Shown: positions 42,301 through 52,468, counted from the stretch's first letter. The stretch is 64,000 nucleotides of DNA from Eledone cirrhosa (GCA_964016885.1 OZ024743.1:245334001-245398000), one strand, 5' to 3'. Numbers and translations are program-made. The notes: generated by a model from the sequence alone, not told the origin.

Positions 42301-44373
42301 CTTAAAAGAAAGAGGCATGGATGTGTTATTGCGAGCAGTTGTTGAATGAAAAGAATGCATGGGTAAGAAACAATTAACCTAAGTAGACCCAACAAAGAGA
42401 CCAGCTATCTAAGCTGGCACCAGTTTGGTTGTTAGAGCAATTAAGGATTTGACAGTCAAGTATAAGTGGCTGAGATGCTGAAAAGTAACATAGGCTAAGT
42501 GTTAGCTTTGGGCATAGTAAATCAGGTAGTACAGGAAGGTGTCATACTCAATGTCTGGTGTTGCAGGATTACCCTCAACTGCTACAAGGCAAAAGGGGAG
42601 ACTCTAGAGAAAGACAAAATCCAGAGGCATCAAATTGATGGACGGGGTTGTGAAAATTACCAAAAGAGTTATATCACAAAAGATTAGGGACAGAACCAAC
42701 TTAGATAAGATGCATGTTGGTTTTCTGCCAGGACAGAGGTACTACCTATTTCCTTTTCCCAGAGAGATAACTACAGGAGAAATACTTGGTTAGGAGTAAG
42801 CCTCTCTATCTAACATTTGTTGACCTGAAGAAGGCTTTTGACAGGGTTCCACACTCTGTAATCTGATGGCCAGTAAGAAAAGTAGATTGCATAGTATTTG
42901 TGTACAAACTGTGATACTGCATAGTAGTGAAAATGGGCCTTGAATGCTGAGGACTTATAAAAACTAGAAAATAAGGACGTGCATGCCCCTACTGAATGTG
43001 TAATGTTAGTGTACATGAATAACAGCACAAATAAGCTCAGAGAAAAACTGAATATAATAGGAATCGGGTGTAATGTGCAAGGAAGAAAATTGAACTGGTA
43101 AGGGCATGTGATATGTAAAAAAGATAAAAAGTTATATAAAAAGTGCTAAGCACTCAAGGTGCATGAAACCTGTGGAAGGAGGACACCTAAGAAAACCTGG
43201 GACAAATTGACAATGACTGATCTCAAGATACTGAGCCTCACAACCGACTGTGATAAATTGTGATATGCCGTGCTGGAAATCTGCTGACCCATGAAAGCAT
43301 AGTGAAATGAACATTACAATGGTGATAGTGATGTAACCTGAGGGATGTAATATTCCTAAATTTGGGTCGCTCACTTAATATGTCTTTGTTAAGTCGCCAT
43401 CTGTAGCCCTTCCACTGTATTACTCAGCCTTTCTCATAATAACTCTACCATGCTGTATGTACAACTAAGGATAGCATTGGATCAATCCAACACTTACCCT
43501 TTCCTATTCACAGCACGACCCTACCCGTGTAGTGAGGACAGGCACCACACCTGTCTGTATTCAATTTCTCATATCTGATAAGAGTCTACAATCACCATTT
43601 CTCTACTGCTAGTCATTATTCTCTCTCTCTCTCCCAGGTCACTCATAATTAATATCTCCCATCCATCTCTATTATTATCCACCACTCAATCGGTTTCTCA
43701 CCAGCAAATATATAGCTACCACCCTACCTCATCCACCATTCTTTCAATGACTCTGTTGTATGTATGCATATCATAATCATCATCATTTAACATCCTCTTT
43801 CTCCATTAGCAAGGGTTGAATGGATTTTCACAGACTGAGTCTGTATTGAAATGAAGCCACTGTCCTCACAGATAGGCTGGGGATTCACATCTCGCTTAGA
43901 TATGGTTCCGTGTTCTACCAAGTGGATTTTATTGTGGCACCAACATGAGACTGTCATGTCTCCAACACAACTGGAGGGTCCTCCCAACCCTTTGTTTGGC
44001 AATACTTCGTTGGATATGTAATATAAGTGTGAGAAAAAGGCAAATCTTGGACGAGCTGAGGGAAAAGTTGGGTTTAAGAAGAATCCGAGGTGGCGTGTAG
44101 GAGAGAAGACTGTTGGTATGGACATGATACGCATGGATGATGATCGCTGGGTGAAGAAGTGTCAGGAAATCTCAGTGGAAGGAAGCCGTGGTAGAGGTAG
44201 ACCAATAAAGACCTGGGGAGAGGTGGTGAGATGAGAGCTAATCTCAAATCGCTGAAACTCACAGAGATGACAAAGGAACACGGCGATCAGAGAGATGTTG
44301 GGCTGAGAACGACTCGTTCAACCAATACAAGAGTGGAAAAAAGGAAGTGATGATGATGATGATGATGATGTGC

Positions 44374-44420
<47 letters not shown>

Positions 44421-45435
44421 CATATAATCTACTACAGTATCATGCTAATCAATGCCCTGGGTGTGTAATTTGGTAGGCATCTCTTTAGTTATGTTATATG
44501 TGTATGTGTGTGAGTATCAGTGTTCTTAAATATATAAAAACAACAAAAATGAACTGAAAGGACATAATTATAAGATGTAGAGTGAAATATACAGGAAACA
44601 GTAGTCATGTATATATGCATATGTTCTTTTACTGGTTTCAGTCAATAGACTGCAGCTATGCCTTCAAGGGATTTAGCTAATATCGACCCCAGGACTTCTG
44701 TAAAAAAAAACAAGGGTCTGATACTTAATTAATCGATCTCTATTTGTCGAACTGTTAAAACAGGATGTAAATAGACACATATACATGTGTATGTGAAAGA
44801 GCTGGTACTCGTGTTTGTTTTGTTTTTTTAGCTGAATCTACTAAAGAAAGCAACATGGAATTGTGTATCTTGTTCAAGGACATAATGCGCCGCCCAGTAT
44901 GGGAATCGAACCCACGACCTTGCGATTGTGTGTTCAACAATTAGGCCGCGCATTTCACACACACACAAAAAGAGCTTTATAAAGGTTGTTAGACGTCTTG
45001 AAGAGTCATCGGGAAAACAAAAGGAAATGAAGGAGGCTTGAAAGAAGCCACTGAAATCATTCGGAAATACCGAGCGAAATGTTGCCTGGCTGTTATTATT
45101 CTTTAGATACAGATCAACAATGAACAAGTAAACCTATGATTAAAGGCGTTCTGCCGTGACCATTCCGTCATTTTTAAAACACTGTATATATAGGACTACG
45201 TTATCCAATGTGTTGTTCTTGTATTATGACAGTGCAGTGTGATTTAAAGGGAAATTTGTCTGCTATTTCTAGCAGATCGAGCAATCACATTGTCGGCTTC
45301 CTTAGCACGTCAGTCGTCTCAGAATTCAAAACATTTGTCAGCTTTGTTGTTTGTGGTGTAATAAAAAATAATTTTGCGGTAAACAAGATACTTCCGATGG
45401 ACTCTACATACACGCACACGCATATATATAATATG

Positions 45436-45479
<44 letters not shown>

Positions 45480-46055
45480 CATACACATATATTTATATAT
45501 ACATACACATATATTTATATATATATACATACACATATATTTATATATATATACATACACATTTATATATATATATATACACACACACATATATATATAC
45601 AAATACACACACACACAAACTATTATTAGGGACAAGTTGGCAGAATCGTTAGAGCGTTAGGCAAAAATGCCTTGTAGTGTAGTATTTTATTACGGCGTTT
45701 TACGTTCTGGGTTCAAATTCCACTGAGATTGATTTTGCCTTTCATCTTTCCGAGGTCGATAAAATATACCAGTCGAATACTGCAGTGGCCGATATAATCG
45801 ACTGTTCCTTCTCTACAAAATCTCTGCCCTTATGCCTATAACATAAATTATTATTATTATGAGAGGAAGCATCTTTGAATTTTAACTCAGTTTTGTGTTT
45901 CCGATTTTTCAAATGACTGGTGAATAACCGGAAACACGAAACATACGATTTAAGAAGACCCATCTTCTAACAAAATATAAACAATCTACTTTATGTATTG
46001 AGTACATTCCCTCATTTATAAATAGAATCGCCCACCAATACATACACACACACAC

Positions 46056-46128
<73 letters not shown>

Positions 46129-46130
46129 AT

Positions 46131-46208
<78 letters not shown>

Positions 46209-46499
46209 TTAACTATCGGTGCCAACAATAGACGGTGACAATCTAGCTAAATAGATCATAACAATTATGCCCTTATTTTGGATAAAAAGAGCGAGGGAAA
46301 TAAATAAAGGTTGTTTTTTTGTTTTCGGATTGGGTAGATGAACAAAAATAAAATATATAGTATATTAGAGTTTATTGTTGATTTTATACATAAAAGCCTC
46401 AGACACACGCAAACATCAGCCCCCCCCCCTCTCATTCACTCTCTCTCTATATATACATATCTTAGACGTGCATGTATGTATATGTCTGTGTGTGTGTGA

Positions 46500-46552
<53 letters not shown>

Positions 46553-46864
46553 CCTGCACACATTATACACGTGATTATAGGTTTGGTTATAAACATATAT
46601 ATTCAGATTAAGATCGAAGCTTGTGATGAGAACCTTAACACGAGACGGGAATAAGAAATTGTTAAAACAACCATAACAATAATAATGATAATAATAACAA
46701 CAACAACAATATTAATGAAAATAATAGCAGCAGCAGCTGCAACAGAACAACAACTATACCAACATTTTAAATTACTTTAGGAAATCGATTTAAAGCCTTG
46801 AAAATGAAAGCGAAAATCTAGACATAATTATTATTAAATTCCTTTGTGCTAATGTTAGAAATTG

Positions 46865-46901
<37 letters not shown>

Positions 46902-47778
46902 CATACATACATACATATATGTGTGTGTGTCCCCTAAATATTTAAATGGTTTGTATTTATGGTGACCATGTGGCGAATATGGAAATCATTAAATACCAGT
47001 TAAATACAGAGATCAATTTAATCGACTACATCTCTTCCAAACAAATGTGTGGCCTTTTGTTATTATTGCGTTCTTGGCGTACGTGTGTGTATGTTTAATG
47101 AAGAAACACCAACTTTAGTACACACACACACTTACATATATACACGCACGACACACACATAAATATATATGTGTTTGTGTGTGTATGTATGTATATATAT
47201 ATATGTGTGTGTGTGTGTATGTATATATATATGTGTGTGTGTGTGTGTATGTATATATATATATATATGTGTGTATGTATATATATATATATAGAGAGAG
47301 AGAGAGATACATAAATCTACACAAATGCATACACATATGTGAGCATGTATGTATATATATTATATATACGTATGTGTGTATGTTTGTGCATGTGAGTGTA
47401 TGTGTGCGTCAAGAACGGTTGTTTGTGATGGTATAGAGGCGGAAGTGAGGGCTGGAAGACAAGACAAGTAGTAAATAGGAGACGTAAAATGTTTTTGTGA
47501 CAATCGACAACACAGAACCGTTTACTCTGGACGGTAAAAGAAATACAGACTTCTAATTTTGGTCGTCAAGGACACACCTCGAGATACGATCCTAGCTAAA
47601 CAAACAATATATACAGAGAGAAAGAGAGAAATAAAGACAGAGAGCAAAAAGAAAAAGAAAAAAAGTAAGAGAGAAAAAGAAAGAAAAAGCGAGAGAGAGA
47701 AAGAGAAAGAGTATGAAGTGAAAGAAAGATAGAAAATAAGAGTGAGAGATAGAAGTGAAGAAAGCTATTTATATATGC

Positions 47779-47826
<48 letters not shown>

Positions 47827-48019
47827 TATGTAGCTATACGTATTTATAGCGCTGCGGTGTGTATACATACACATAGCTTGCCGACACTTGCATAAAAATC
47901 GGTGATCTAACGGATTAAAGCCGCCCCGAAACAGGGATTTTCATAATAAACCAGTGTTTGGTGCATACCGTTAGAGCATCTTCACCGTTCTTCAAGTCTT
48001 TGAGGGTGGAATTGTTCAT
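3358..48019 (-). CDS. ATXN7L3: Spliced gene span: ataxin-7-like protein 3 / SGF11 (SAGA DUB module). Nine coding exons found; the C-terminal exon(s) were not found and are probably left of the window
   Basis: Exons 47969-48019, 18036-18151, 16279-16295, 15090-15258, 13054-13139, 10743-10820, 8587-8634, 6221-6246 and 3358-3488 join in frame with GT-AG ends. Translation: [224 protein letters not shown].... The Sgf11 zinc finger and SCA7 finger were recognised from the vertebrate protein. Confidence 0.93.
3827..4936 (+). mobile_element. 5'-truncated CR1/L2-group LINE: open RT C-terminal ORF (3827-4774), 3' UTR and (TTA)n tail
   Basis: [34 protein letters not shown] and NTRGH..K motifs, with an (ATT)n tail near 4915-4936. 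Confidence 0.92.
5065..5445. repeat. Degenerate ~24-bp tandem repeat (AGTATTTGAAGGTTTATAATG core) interrupted by unique sequence
   Basis: Repeated GAAGGTTTATA motif at about 24-bp spacing in 5065-5160 and 5310-5440. Confidence 0.6.
6221..6246 (-). CDS. ATXN7L3: ATXN7L3 exon 8, 26-nt microexon ((D)ERRNLLTS)
   Basis: tttcag|ATGAAAGACGGAATTTGTTAACATCT|gtaagt. Phase 1 to 0 bridge; matches vertebrate EELRSLLTT. Confidence 0.88.
7707..8515. mobile_element. Tc1/mariner (pogo-like) MITE
   Basis: TIRs CTGTATTTACTCGAATATA / TATATTCAAGTATATACGG flanked by TA on both sides. A shorter relative lies at 29637-29808. Confidence 0.75.
8587..8634 (-). CDS. ATXN7L3: ATXN7L3 exon 7 ([15 protein letters not shown])
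   Basis: ttctttag acceptor, GTAAGT donor, 48 nt, phase 1 to 1. The YE motif precedes the SCA7 domain. Confidence 0.83.
8741..9064. repeat. 104-bp tandem repeat built from two related ~50-bp subunits
   Basis: GCTCAGCTAAAGCAACACT recurs at 8785, 8889 and 8993. Confidence 0.85.
9373..10105. mobile_element. Palindromic element with a decayed hammerhead-like core; CR1 3'-end fragments (about 9520-9950) lie between its arms
   Basis: Arms 9373-9486 and 9954-10105 are inverted copies, each reading CTGAGGA-GCAGA...TCTG(C/T)-GAAA. The centre matches the 3' UTR and tail of the LINE at 4650-4936, with the 3' UTR present twice. Confidence 0.7.
10743..10820 (-). CDS. ATXN7L3: ATXN7L3 exon 6, basic NLS-like segment ([25 protein letters not shown])
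   Basis: tttcag acceptor, GTCAGT donor, 78 nt, phase 1 to 1. Parallels the vertebrate KKRKSDKNPNSPRRSKSLKHKNG segment. Confidence 0.85.
10889..12246. repeat. 28-bp minisatellite (CAGCCTCTACTTCACAACTGACTGACTA), about 48 copies
   Basis: Read directly; period 28, few variant positions, no spacers. Confidence 0.98.
13054..13139 (-). CDS. ATXN7L3: ATXN7L3 exon 5 ([28 protein letters not shown])
   Basis: TAG acceptor, GTAAGT donor, 86 nt, phase 2 to 1. Contains the conserved acidic NDNDW.Y motif. Confidence 0.92.
13395..13748 (+). mobile_element. 3' end of an RTE-type LINE with (ATG)n tail
   Basis: [10 protein letters not shown]...R..K and GRPRKTW motifs followed by (GAT)n. Related decayed copies lie near 26860-27200, 41240-41760 (-), 42450-43320 and 44080-44370. 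Confidence 0.85.
15090..15258 (-). CDS. ATXN7L3: ATXN7L3 exon 4, Sgf11 zinc finger ([34 protein letters not shown])
   Basis: Near-identical to the canonical [28 protein letters not shown] motif. Polypyrimidine tract plus AAG acceptor, GTAAGA donor, 169 nt. Confidence 0.97.
16279..16295 (-). CDS. ATXN7L3: ATXN7L3 exon 3, 17-nt microexon ((W)SHKEH(E))
   Basis: ttttcag|GTCACATAAAGAACATG|gtaagt. It supplies exactly the phase 2 to phase 1 bridge needed between exons 2 and 4. Confidence 0.88.
17570..17854. mobile_element. hAT (Charlie-like) MITE
   Basis: TIRs CAGTAGTTCCTCAA / TTGGGAACCACTG with degenerate 8-bp flanks aggtagaa / acatagat. Confidence 0.65.
18036..18151 (-). CDS. ATXN7L3: ATXN7L3 exon 2 ([38 protein letters not shown])
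   Basis: tttcag acceptor and GTAAGG donor, 116 nt. Matches the conserved ADL..D..LG.CFEVHR..K.G..FL.DTDP N-terminal segment. Confidence 0.93.
18255..18510 (-). mobile_element. CR1-group LINE 3' fragment, inverted relative to the copies at 4670-4936 and 9540-9950
   Basis: Reverse complement of the GACACTGCATCCTT...CACCTGAGCACTG...ACAATA 3' end. Confidence 0.8.
19351..19765 (+). mobile_element. 3' fragment of a CRE-like (restriction-like endonuclease) non-LTR retrotransposon with fold-back 5' inversion and 13-bp TSD
   Basis: Peptide KY.SL...[18 protein letters not shown].....EP.E..WLFQ.VSLAI..GNA.SIL. AAGCTATACATAT occurs at 19351-19363 and 19753-19765; 41-bp inverted repeats at 19368-19408 / 19715-19755. 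Confidence 0.75.
20705..22512. mobile_element. Cluster of tRNA-derived SINE copies and fragments in both orientations
   Basis: Same core as 40-408 at about 20705-20815 (+), 21440-21655 (-), 21700-21760 (-), 21795-21895 and 22350-22512 (-). Confidence 0.8.
24113..24312. other. Assembly gap (200 N)
   Basis: Run of N, preceded by a TA-CAGGTAAAATTCCGTTATAACGAA pogo/Tigger-like terminus at about 24070-24112. Confidence 0.99.
25495..25935. repeat. Low-complexity (GGT/GAT)n tract
   Basis: Degenerate trinucleotide repeats; the ORFs here are composition artefacts. Confidence 0.85.
27269..27487. mobile_element. piggyBac-type (TTAA) MITE
   Basis: TTAA at 27265-27268 and 27488-27491; TIRs CACTTTAGCATTT / AAATGCTAAAGGG. 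Confidence 0.75.
27978..28310. repeat. 48-bp tandem repeat, 7 copies, formed from TTAA plus the terminus of a piggyBac-type MITE that continues to about 28500
   Basis: Unit TTAACCCTTTCCTTACCA(T/A)ATTTCTAATGAAAGACACTACCTATGTCA. The downstream body resembles the inverted MITE copies at about 12813-13010 and 40060-40266. Confidence 0.85.
29012..29400 (-). mobile_element. Tandem dimer of young tRNA-derived SINEs
   Basis: Two near-full copies that are the reverse complement of 40-230, bounded by GAG(A/G)AAATAAT three times. Confidence 0.88.
30190..30960 (+). mobile_element. Decayed CRE-like non-LTR retrotransposon 3' region
   Basis: Broken frames give C..CGA.V....H...C, LEP..L..G.SK.P.GIT, AE.RK.SKY.SL...F....VE.SG and GNAIAIL. 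Confidence 0.7.
31703..32043. mobile_element. Tc1/mariner-type MITE
   Basis: Imperfect TIRs CTCTCAGGTCTCAAATAAT / ATTATTCGAGGCCCGAGAA with TA flanks. Confidence 0.6.
34950..36790 (-). mobile_element. Decayed, internally deleted CRE-like non-LTR retrotransposon (RT and RLE remnants)
   Basis: Fragments [60 protein letters not shown] and AEERK..KY. Confidence 0.75.
37262..37592 (-). mobile_element. Second tRNA-derived SINE family
   Basis: The minus strand begins with a tRNA-like head followed by GTGTCCTTGAGCAAGACAC. Relatives lie near 12590-12762, 24600-24730, 38395-38670 and 44850-44955. Confidence 0.7.
45400..47880. repeat. Microsatellite-rich region: (TA)n, (TG)n, (GA)n, (AAC/AAT)n, with SINE remnants
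   Basis: Read directly; the YI/CV-rich ORFs are artefacts. Confidence 0.9.
47969..48019 (-). CDS. ATXN7L3: ATXN7L3 coding exon 1 ([17 protein letters not shown])
   Basis: ATG at 48017-48019, 17 codons, phase-0 donor GTATGC that matches the phase-0 start of exon 2. It lies beside a CpG-containing promoter-like tract. N-terminal length matches orthologues but sequence conservation is weak. Confidence 0.7.
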
Positions 48020-48135
48020 ATTGTTGCCGAAGACTCCGTTCTTCCACCGACCGATCCTAAGAAAGCGTGTATCCTTACCGGAAGTTGTTAAACTATTGTC
48101 CTGCGCGGCCCGGATGCGCAGATGAAAAATGGTTT
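48020..48135 (-). promoter_or_regulatory. Putative 5' UTR and core promoter of ATXN7L3
   Basis: Local CpG enrichment immediately upstream of the ATG. ETS/GABP-type ACCGGAAGT at 48077-48085 and a TGCGC...GCGCA (NRF1-like) tract at 48102-48120. Confidence 0.5.
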
Positions 48136-49059
48136 TGTTTTTGTTTTGTTAGTTTGTTGTTTGTTTATCATTGTTATATTATTATTTTTTTAATTTAACC
48201 TGTCATTTGTCAAACTCTCTCAGCTGAGCTTGGCTGGCTCTGAAACTCTTTCAGGTCTTAGTTTATAGGTTCTATTTAGTTGCAGACCTTACACCTTTAT
48301 AAAAAGATGGTGAAAACGAAAACAAGAAGAGACTTTCAGTGATTATCATCTTTGTAGCTCCATGTACTTCCTACTTGCTGCAAAACAATTCGTCAAATAC
48401 TGACTTTTTAAAGGACATTTTATATCCTGTTATTATAGTTGTTTTGAAACAGAAGCACAAGACTTGAGCTTTTGTGAGGAAGGAGGTTAGGCAATTAAAT
48501 CATCCCCAGTACATAACTGGAACATTATTTTATCGACCTCGAAATGATGAAAGGCAAAATTCACCCCAGCGTGATTTGCACTCAGAAGGTAAAGCGCTGA
48601 AACAACGAGTCAGCCAATCTACCACCACAAAGACACAAAAAGATCCACTTTTTAGAGCTTTTTAATAATATATATTTGTGCTCAACACTACGTATAATAG
48701 ATAATTTAAGATAAAATTTATTGTATGTATAACTACAGTCCCCAAGCCTCGTTGACAAAATGTAAACAAATGTGATCAACATTATGTCATTCTCTTCATG
48801 CTCAGAAAAACAAGAGAAAAACGCAACATTTGGTGTGAGTTTTCATTCCGAGATGAAAACTAATATTTACATATCTTGTCGCTTAAAACTTTTTATGTCG
48901 TGAATATGATATCACTCGATCTTTTAAGCGAGGAAGAATGTTTTGCTCGATCATTTAAGAGTAAAAGTGGCGCCTGAGAATTTTTACAATGTGCACCTCT
49001 GTTTGAATTTGCAGACGACATGGTACTACTTAACCTGACAGAAGGTGATTTCTGCGGTT

Positions 49060-49905
49060 CAGTCTACATGTGAGTGGAGTTCCACTGAAGCAGGTGGAGA
49101 AGTTCAAGTATCTCGGGCCATGTTCACTAGTGATGGAAGTTAGGCGGCTGAATAAAGTGCAATAATTACAGGGGTTGGTGCAGTAATGCGCCAGCTTCAG
49201 CATTCAGTAATCAGAAACATTACTGAATGCTGAAACTCGCTATCTTCAATTCGGTATTTGTGCCAACCATTACGTATGGTCATGAATCTTAGATAAGTGT
49301 TTCTATGTTTGGTACAAGGCCAGCAATTACCCAGTGCATTACTGGTACTTTATTTTATCGACCCTGTAAGGATGAAAGGCAAAGTTAACCTCGGCGGGAT
49401 TTGAACTCAGAATGGCAAGGGCCGTAACTCTATATGTCAAAGCATGGCGTCCGACCCTCTACCAATACTGCCAATCCACCGCCCTCCTCATGAATCTTAG
49501 ATAATGACTGAAAGAATGCGATTACGAATACAAGCAGCTGAAATGAGATTCCTCCGAAGGATCTTTGGGGTAACATTACTAGATAGAGTGCGAAATGAGA
49601 GAAGCTCCAGGTAGAGCCGCTACTTCTCTGAATTGAGAGATCACAGTTCCAATACTATAAGCATGTGGTTAAAATGTTTCAGGAAAGAATCGCTGGACAG
49701 ATTTTATGGACAAAACTAACTGGCTGGAGACCCAGTGATAGAACTCGAGCAGGATGGTTGGATAAGATCCATGAGCTCGGCTGGTCTCAGTTGGGGATCC
49801 AGCTGGATCAATTGGAAACGGTTGCTTCTGACAGGACTCGAGGGAAGGCGAGTTTGAGGACTCTCACCCTACGATTCTCTAATTGGGCGAAGAAGTGTAT
49901 CTAGA
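49060..49905 (+). mobile_element. Decayed RTE-type LINE 3' fragment interrupted by a SINE
   Basis: VEKFKYLG, PTITYGHES, RIQAAEMRFLRRIFGVTLLDRVR and G.RP..R.R..W motifs. Confidence 0.75.
49297..49487 (-). mobile_element. Full-length young SINE with perfect 17-bp TSD
   Basis: TCATGAATCTTAGATAA at 49280-49296 and 49488-49504. Confidence 0.92.
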
Positions 49906-50014
49906 ACTATATCATATAATGTGTCCTTCATTTTTTAAAACAGTAGGATACGATTTGAAGGCGATTTGGTTGCTATTTCTAGAAGCTGGAGCGTTCGTGT
50001 AGAGGTTCTTGCGT

Positions 50015-50205
50015 TGAGTGGATTGGCAGAATCGGTAGAGGGTTGGACGCCATGCTTTGCAGCAAAGAGTTACGGCCCTTTATAGTCTGAGTTCAAATCC
50101 CGCCGAGGTTAACTTTGCCTTTCATCCTTATGGGGTCGATAAAATAAAGTACCAGTAATACACTGGGATAATTGCTGGCCTTGTGCCAAAAGTAGAAACA
50201 ATTAT
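50015..50205 (+). mobile_element. Young SINE, inverted relative to 49297-49487
   Basis: Same head, core and tail as 40-230. Confidence 0.88.
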
Positions 50206-50844
50206 GCTTACACACATGAGTGCGCACACACACACATAACGCGTCGAGGTGGGTGGAGTCTCAACATTAGACTCACCAAAGATTGTGCTGTTGTGCAGGA
50301 GTTTCGTCGCTTACTTCGGTGAGTAGCTCCAAGTAGCTCTGGCGTCACGGTGGAAGGGGCCGAAATACCTACGGAGTTACATCACCGCCCCAAGAGACAT
50401 CGGCTCATGTATTCGGAGAGGGAGTACAGCAGCACTTCAGTACAGATCTGTGTTCACCAAGCAAGCAATATACGTGTGCGTGTGAAAGGTATAAGGTAAA
50501 AATAACAAACGATGTGGTTCAATGAAGATATATATTAGTTTCACGCTTAATATAGTAGGAATGGTATTAACGTTTCGGGCGCTAATCCTTCATCAGAATG
50601 TAGAATGAAAATTTAAAAAAGAAACAGAAAAATAGAGGAGTGAGTAAGGGCAAAAGCGAACAAAAATTTCTTCGAGAAAAAGCAGGTCTGTTCATTTCGC
50701 CACTCCCCTCTCTCTCTCTCTATATATATATATAAATTTCGTATTTCTAGAGAAATACTGTTTTAGGAAGCCGTAGCTATGCAAACACTGGGGGGGGGGG
50801 GGGCTAACGCCCTCTGGTGGTGTCCAGCAGAAGCAAGGGGGACA

Positions 50845-50888
50845 ACCGTCTAAGCATTTCAGGCTTGACTGGCCTTCGTCAGGACGGT
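50845..50888 (-). ncRNA. Type I hammerhead ribozyme
   Basis: Minus strand: ACCGTC-CTGACGA-AGGC-cagtcaa-GCCT-GAAA-tgct-TA-GACGGT. Perfect 6-bp helix I, 4-bp helix II, intact core; the helix III palindrome is broken. Confidence 0.75.
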
Positions 50889-51286
50889 CCCTCCCACCGC
50901 TTGTTACTGCTGGGCTTGAAAACAGTCGAGAATTTATAGTTTTCTCGTCTGTGTAAATGAGGTGATTAATCTCATTTGTATATGAAGCTGCATAAGTTGG
51001 CTCAACTTGTTCCCCTTGCTTCTGCTGGACACCACCAGAGGGCGTTAGCCTCCCGATGTTTGCATAGCTACGGCTTCCTAAAACCGTATTTCTTTAGAAA
51101 CACGAAATTTCTATACATATTGTATAAAGCTATGCTTGAAGCGAAATCCTATTTCTTTTCTATTATAAGTTGAGCCAACTTATGCAGCTTCATATGCAAA
51201 TGAGATTAATCACCTCATTTACACAGACGAGAAATGTATATATTCTCGGCTGTCTTCTAGTCCAGCAGTAGCAAGCGGTGGAAGGG

Positions 51287-51330
51287 ACTGTCCTGACGAA
51301 GGCCAGTCAAGCCTGAAATGCATAGACGGT
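51287..51330 (+). ncRNA. Type I hammerhead ribozyme (predicted cleavage after 51324)
   Basis: ACTGTC-CTGACGA-AGGC-cagtcaa-GCCT-GAAA-tgca-TA-GACGGT with palindromic minimal helix III (ATGCAT). Helix I extends via TCCAGCAGTAGCAAG / CTTGCTTCTGCTGGA. Confidence 0.82.
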
Positions 51331-51440
51331 TGTCCCCCTTGCTTCTGCTGGACACCACCAGAGGGCGTTAGCTCCCCAGTGTTTGCATAGCTACGGCTTC
51401 CTAAAACAGTATTTCTTTAGAAATACGAAATTTCTATACA

Positions 51441-51747
51441 TCTCTTTATAATATATAACCAGCAATTTCTCTGTTTGTCTGTCCGACAGTGGAAACACGT
51501 GCGCGCGTGCGAATGTTTTTTGCGCACGCGTAGAGAGAGAGAGACTACAAGAGGGGGATAGCACGAGGGAGAGAGGGGGTAATTGAGGAGTGCTACAGAA
51601 ACATATATACATTTCTGTGTGTGTGTAATATATATATATATACAGACACAGAAATATATATATATACACACAGAAATATATATACATTTCTGTGTGTGTA
51701 ATATATATATATATACACACAGAAATATATATACATTTCTGTGTGTG

Positions 51748-51812
<65 letters not shown>

Positions 51813-51838
51813 GAAATATATATACATTTCTGTGTGTG

Positions 51839-51923
<85 letters not shown>

Positions 51924-52468
51924 GAAATATATGGGCATTTCTCTGTTTGTCTGTCTGTCTGTCCTTCCCTAAAACTCAAATGTAGGTGCTACAGAAATAT
52001 TACCTTCTCCTTCGTTTCTCCACTTTGGTACTACCAAGAGAAACACTGTCGCTATAGAAACATTACCTTCCCCTCTCCACTGACTTTGGTCACTGAGGCC
52101 GAGGGAATCGCTGGTTGCTATAGAGACACCTTGCACAAGCCAGAAGTAACCAGTTCAAGGCGGTTCTGACTTGACACCATGCCAAGGACCATTTGAAGAT
52201 ATATTTCCATCGTTATATCATAACGTTTATGTATCACAACGTTTATATTTCCGTCACTAATCTCTTTTTCTCCTTTTTCGTTTTAACATATATTTATTTC
52301 AAAGATTTCACCGTGTAGATAACATATATATTTATACATGCATAAAAGACACACCGAGAGACGGTGAACGTGTGGTGCCGAAAACATTTCTCATCCAAAT
52401 CTCAACAATATCAGTATATACACTAGATTTGCTAGCAGAAAACCGCCCACCGGGTGGTTTTCTGCTAG
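51441..52468 (+). mobile_element. Non-autonomous Helitron-like element 1 (contains expanded (TA)n composite repeats)
   Basis: 5' TC after A; 3' hairpin CTAGCAGAAAACCGCCC-acc-GGGTGGTTTTCTGCTAG ending in CTAG. Confidence 0.7.

Larger units (their letters stand above)
50734..51440. mobile_element. Non-coding hammerhead-bearing retroelement (retrozyme / Penelope-LTR-like), ~323-bp unit in inverted and tandem arrangement; resumes at 53049-53092
   Basis: 50734-51008 is the reverse complement of 51167-51433; 51007-51117 repeats at 51330-51440 (period 323). Confidence 0.8.

Noticed and set aside
45208-47874. Long YI/CV/HT-rich ORFs (also 51391-52169 and 55830-56154)
   Set aside because: Translations of (TA)n, (TG)n and (CA)n microsatellites.
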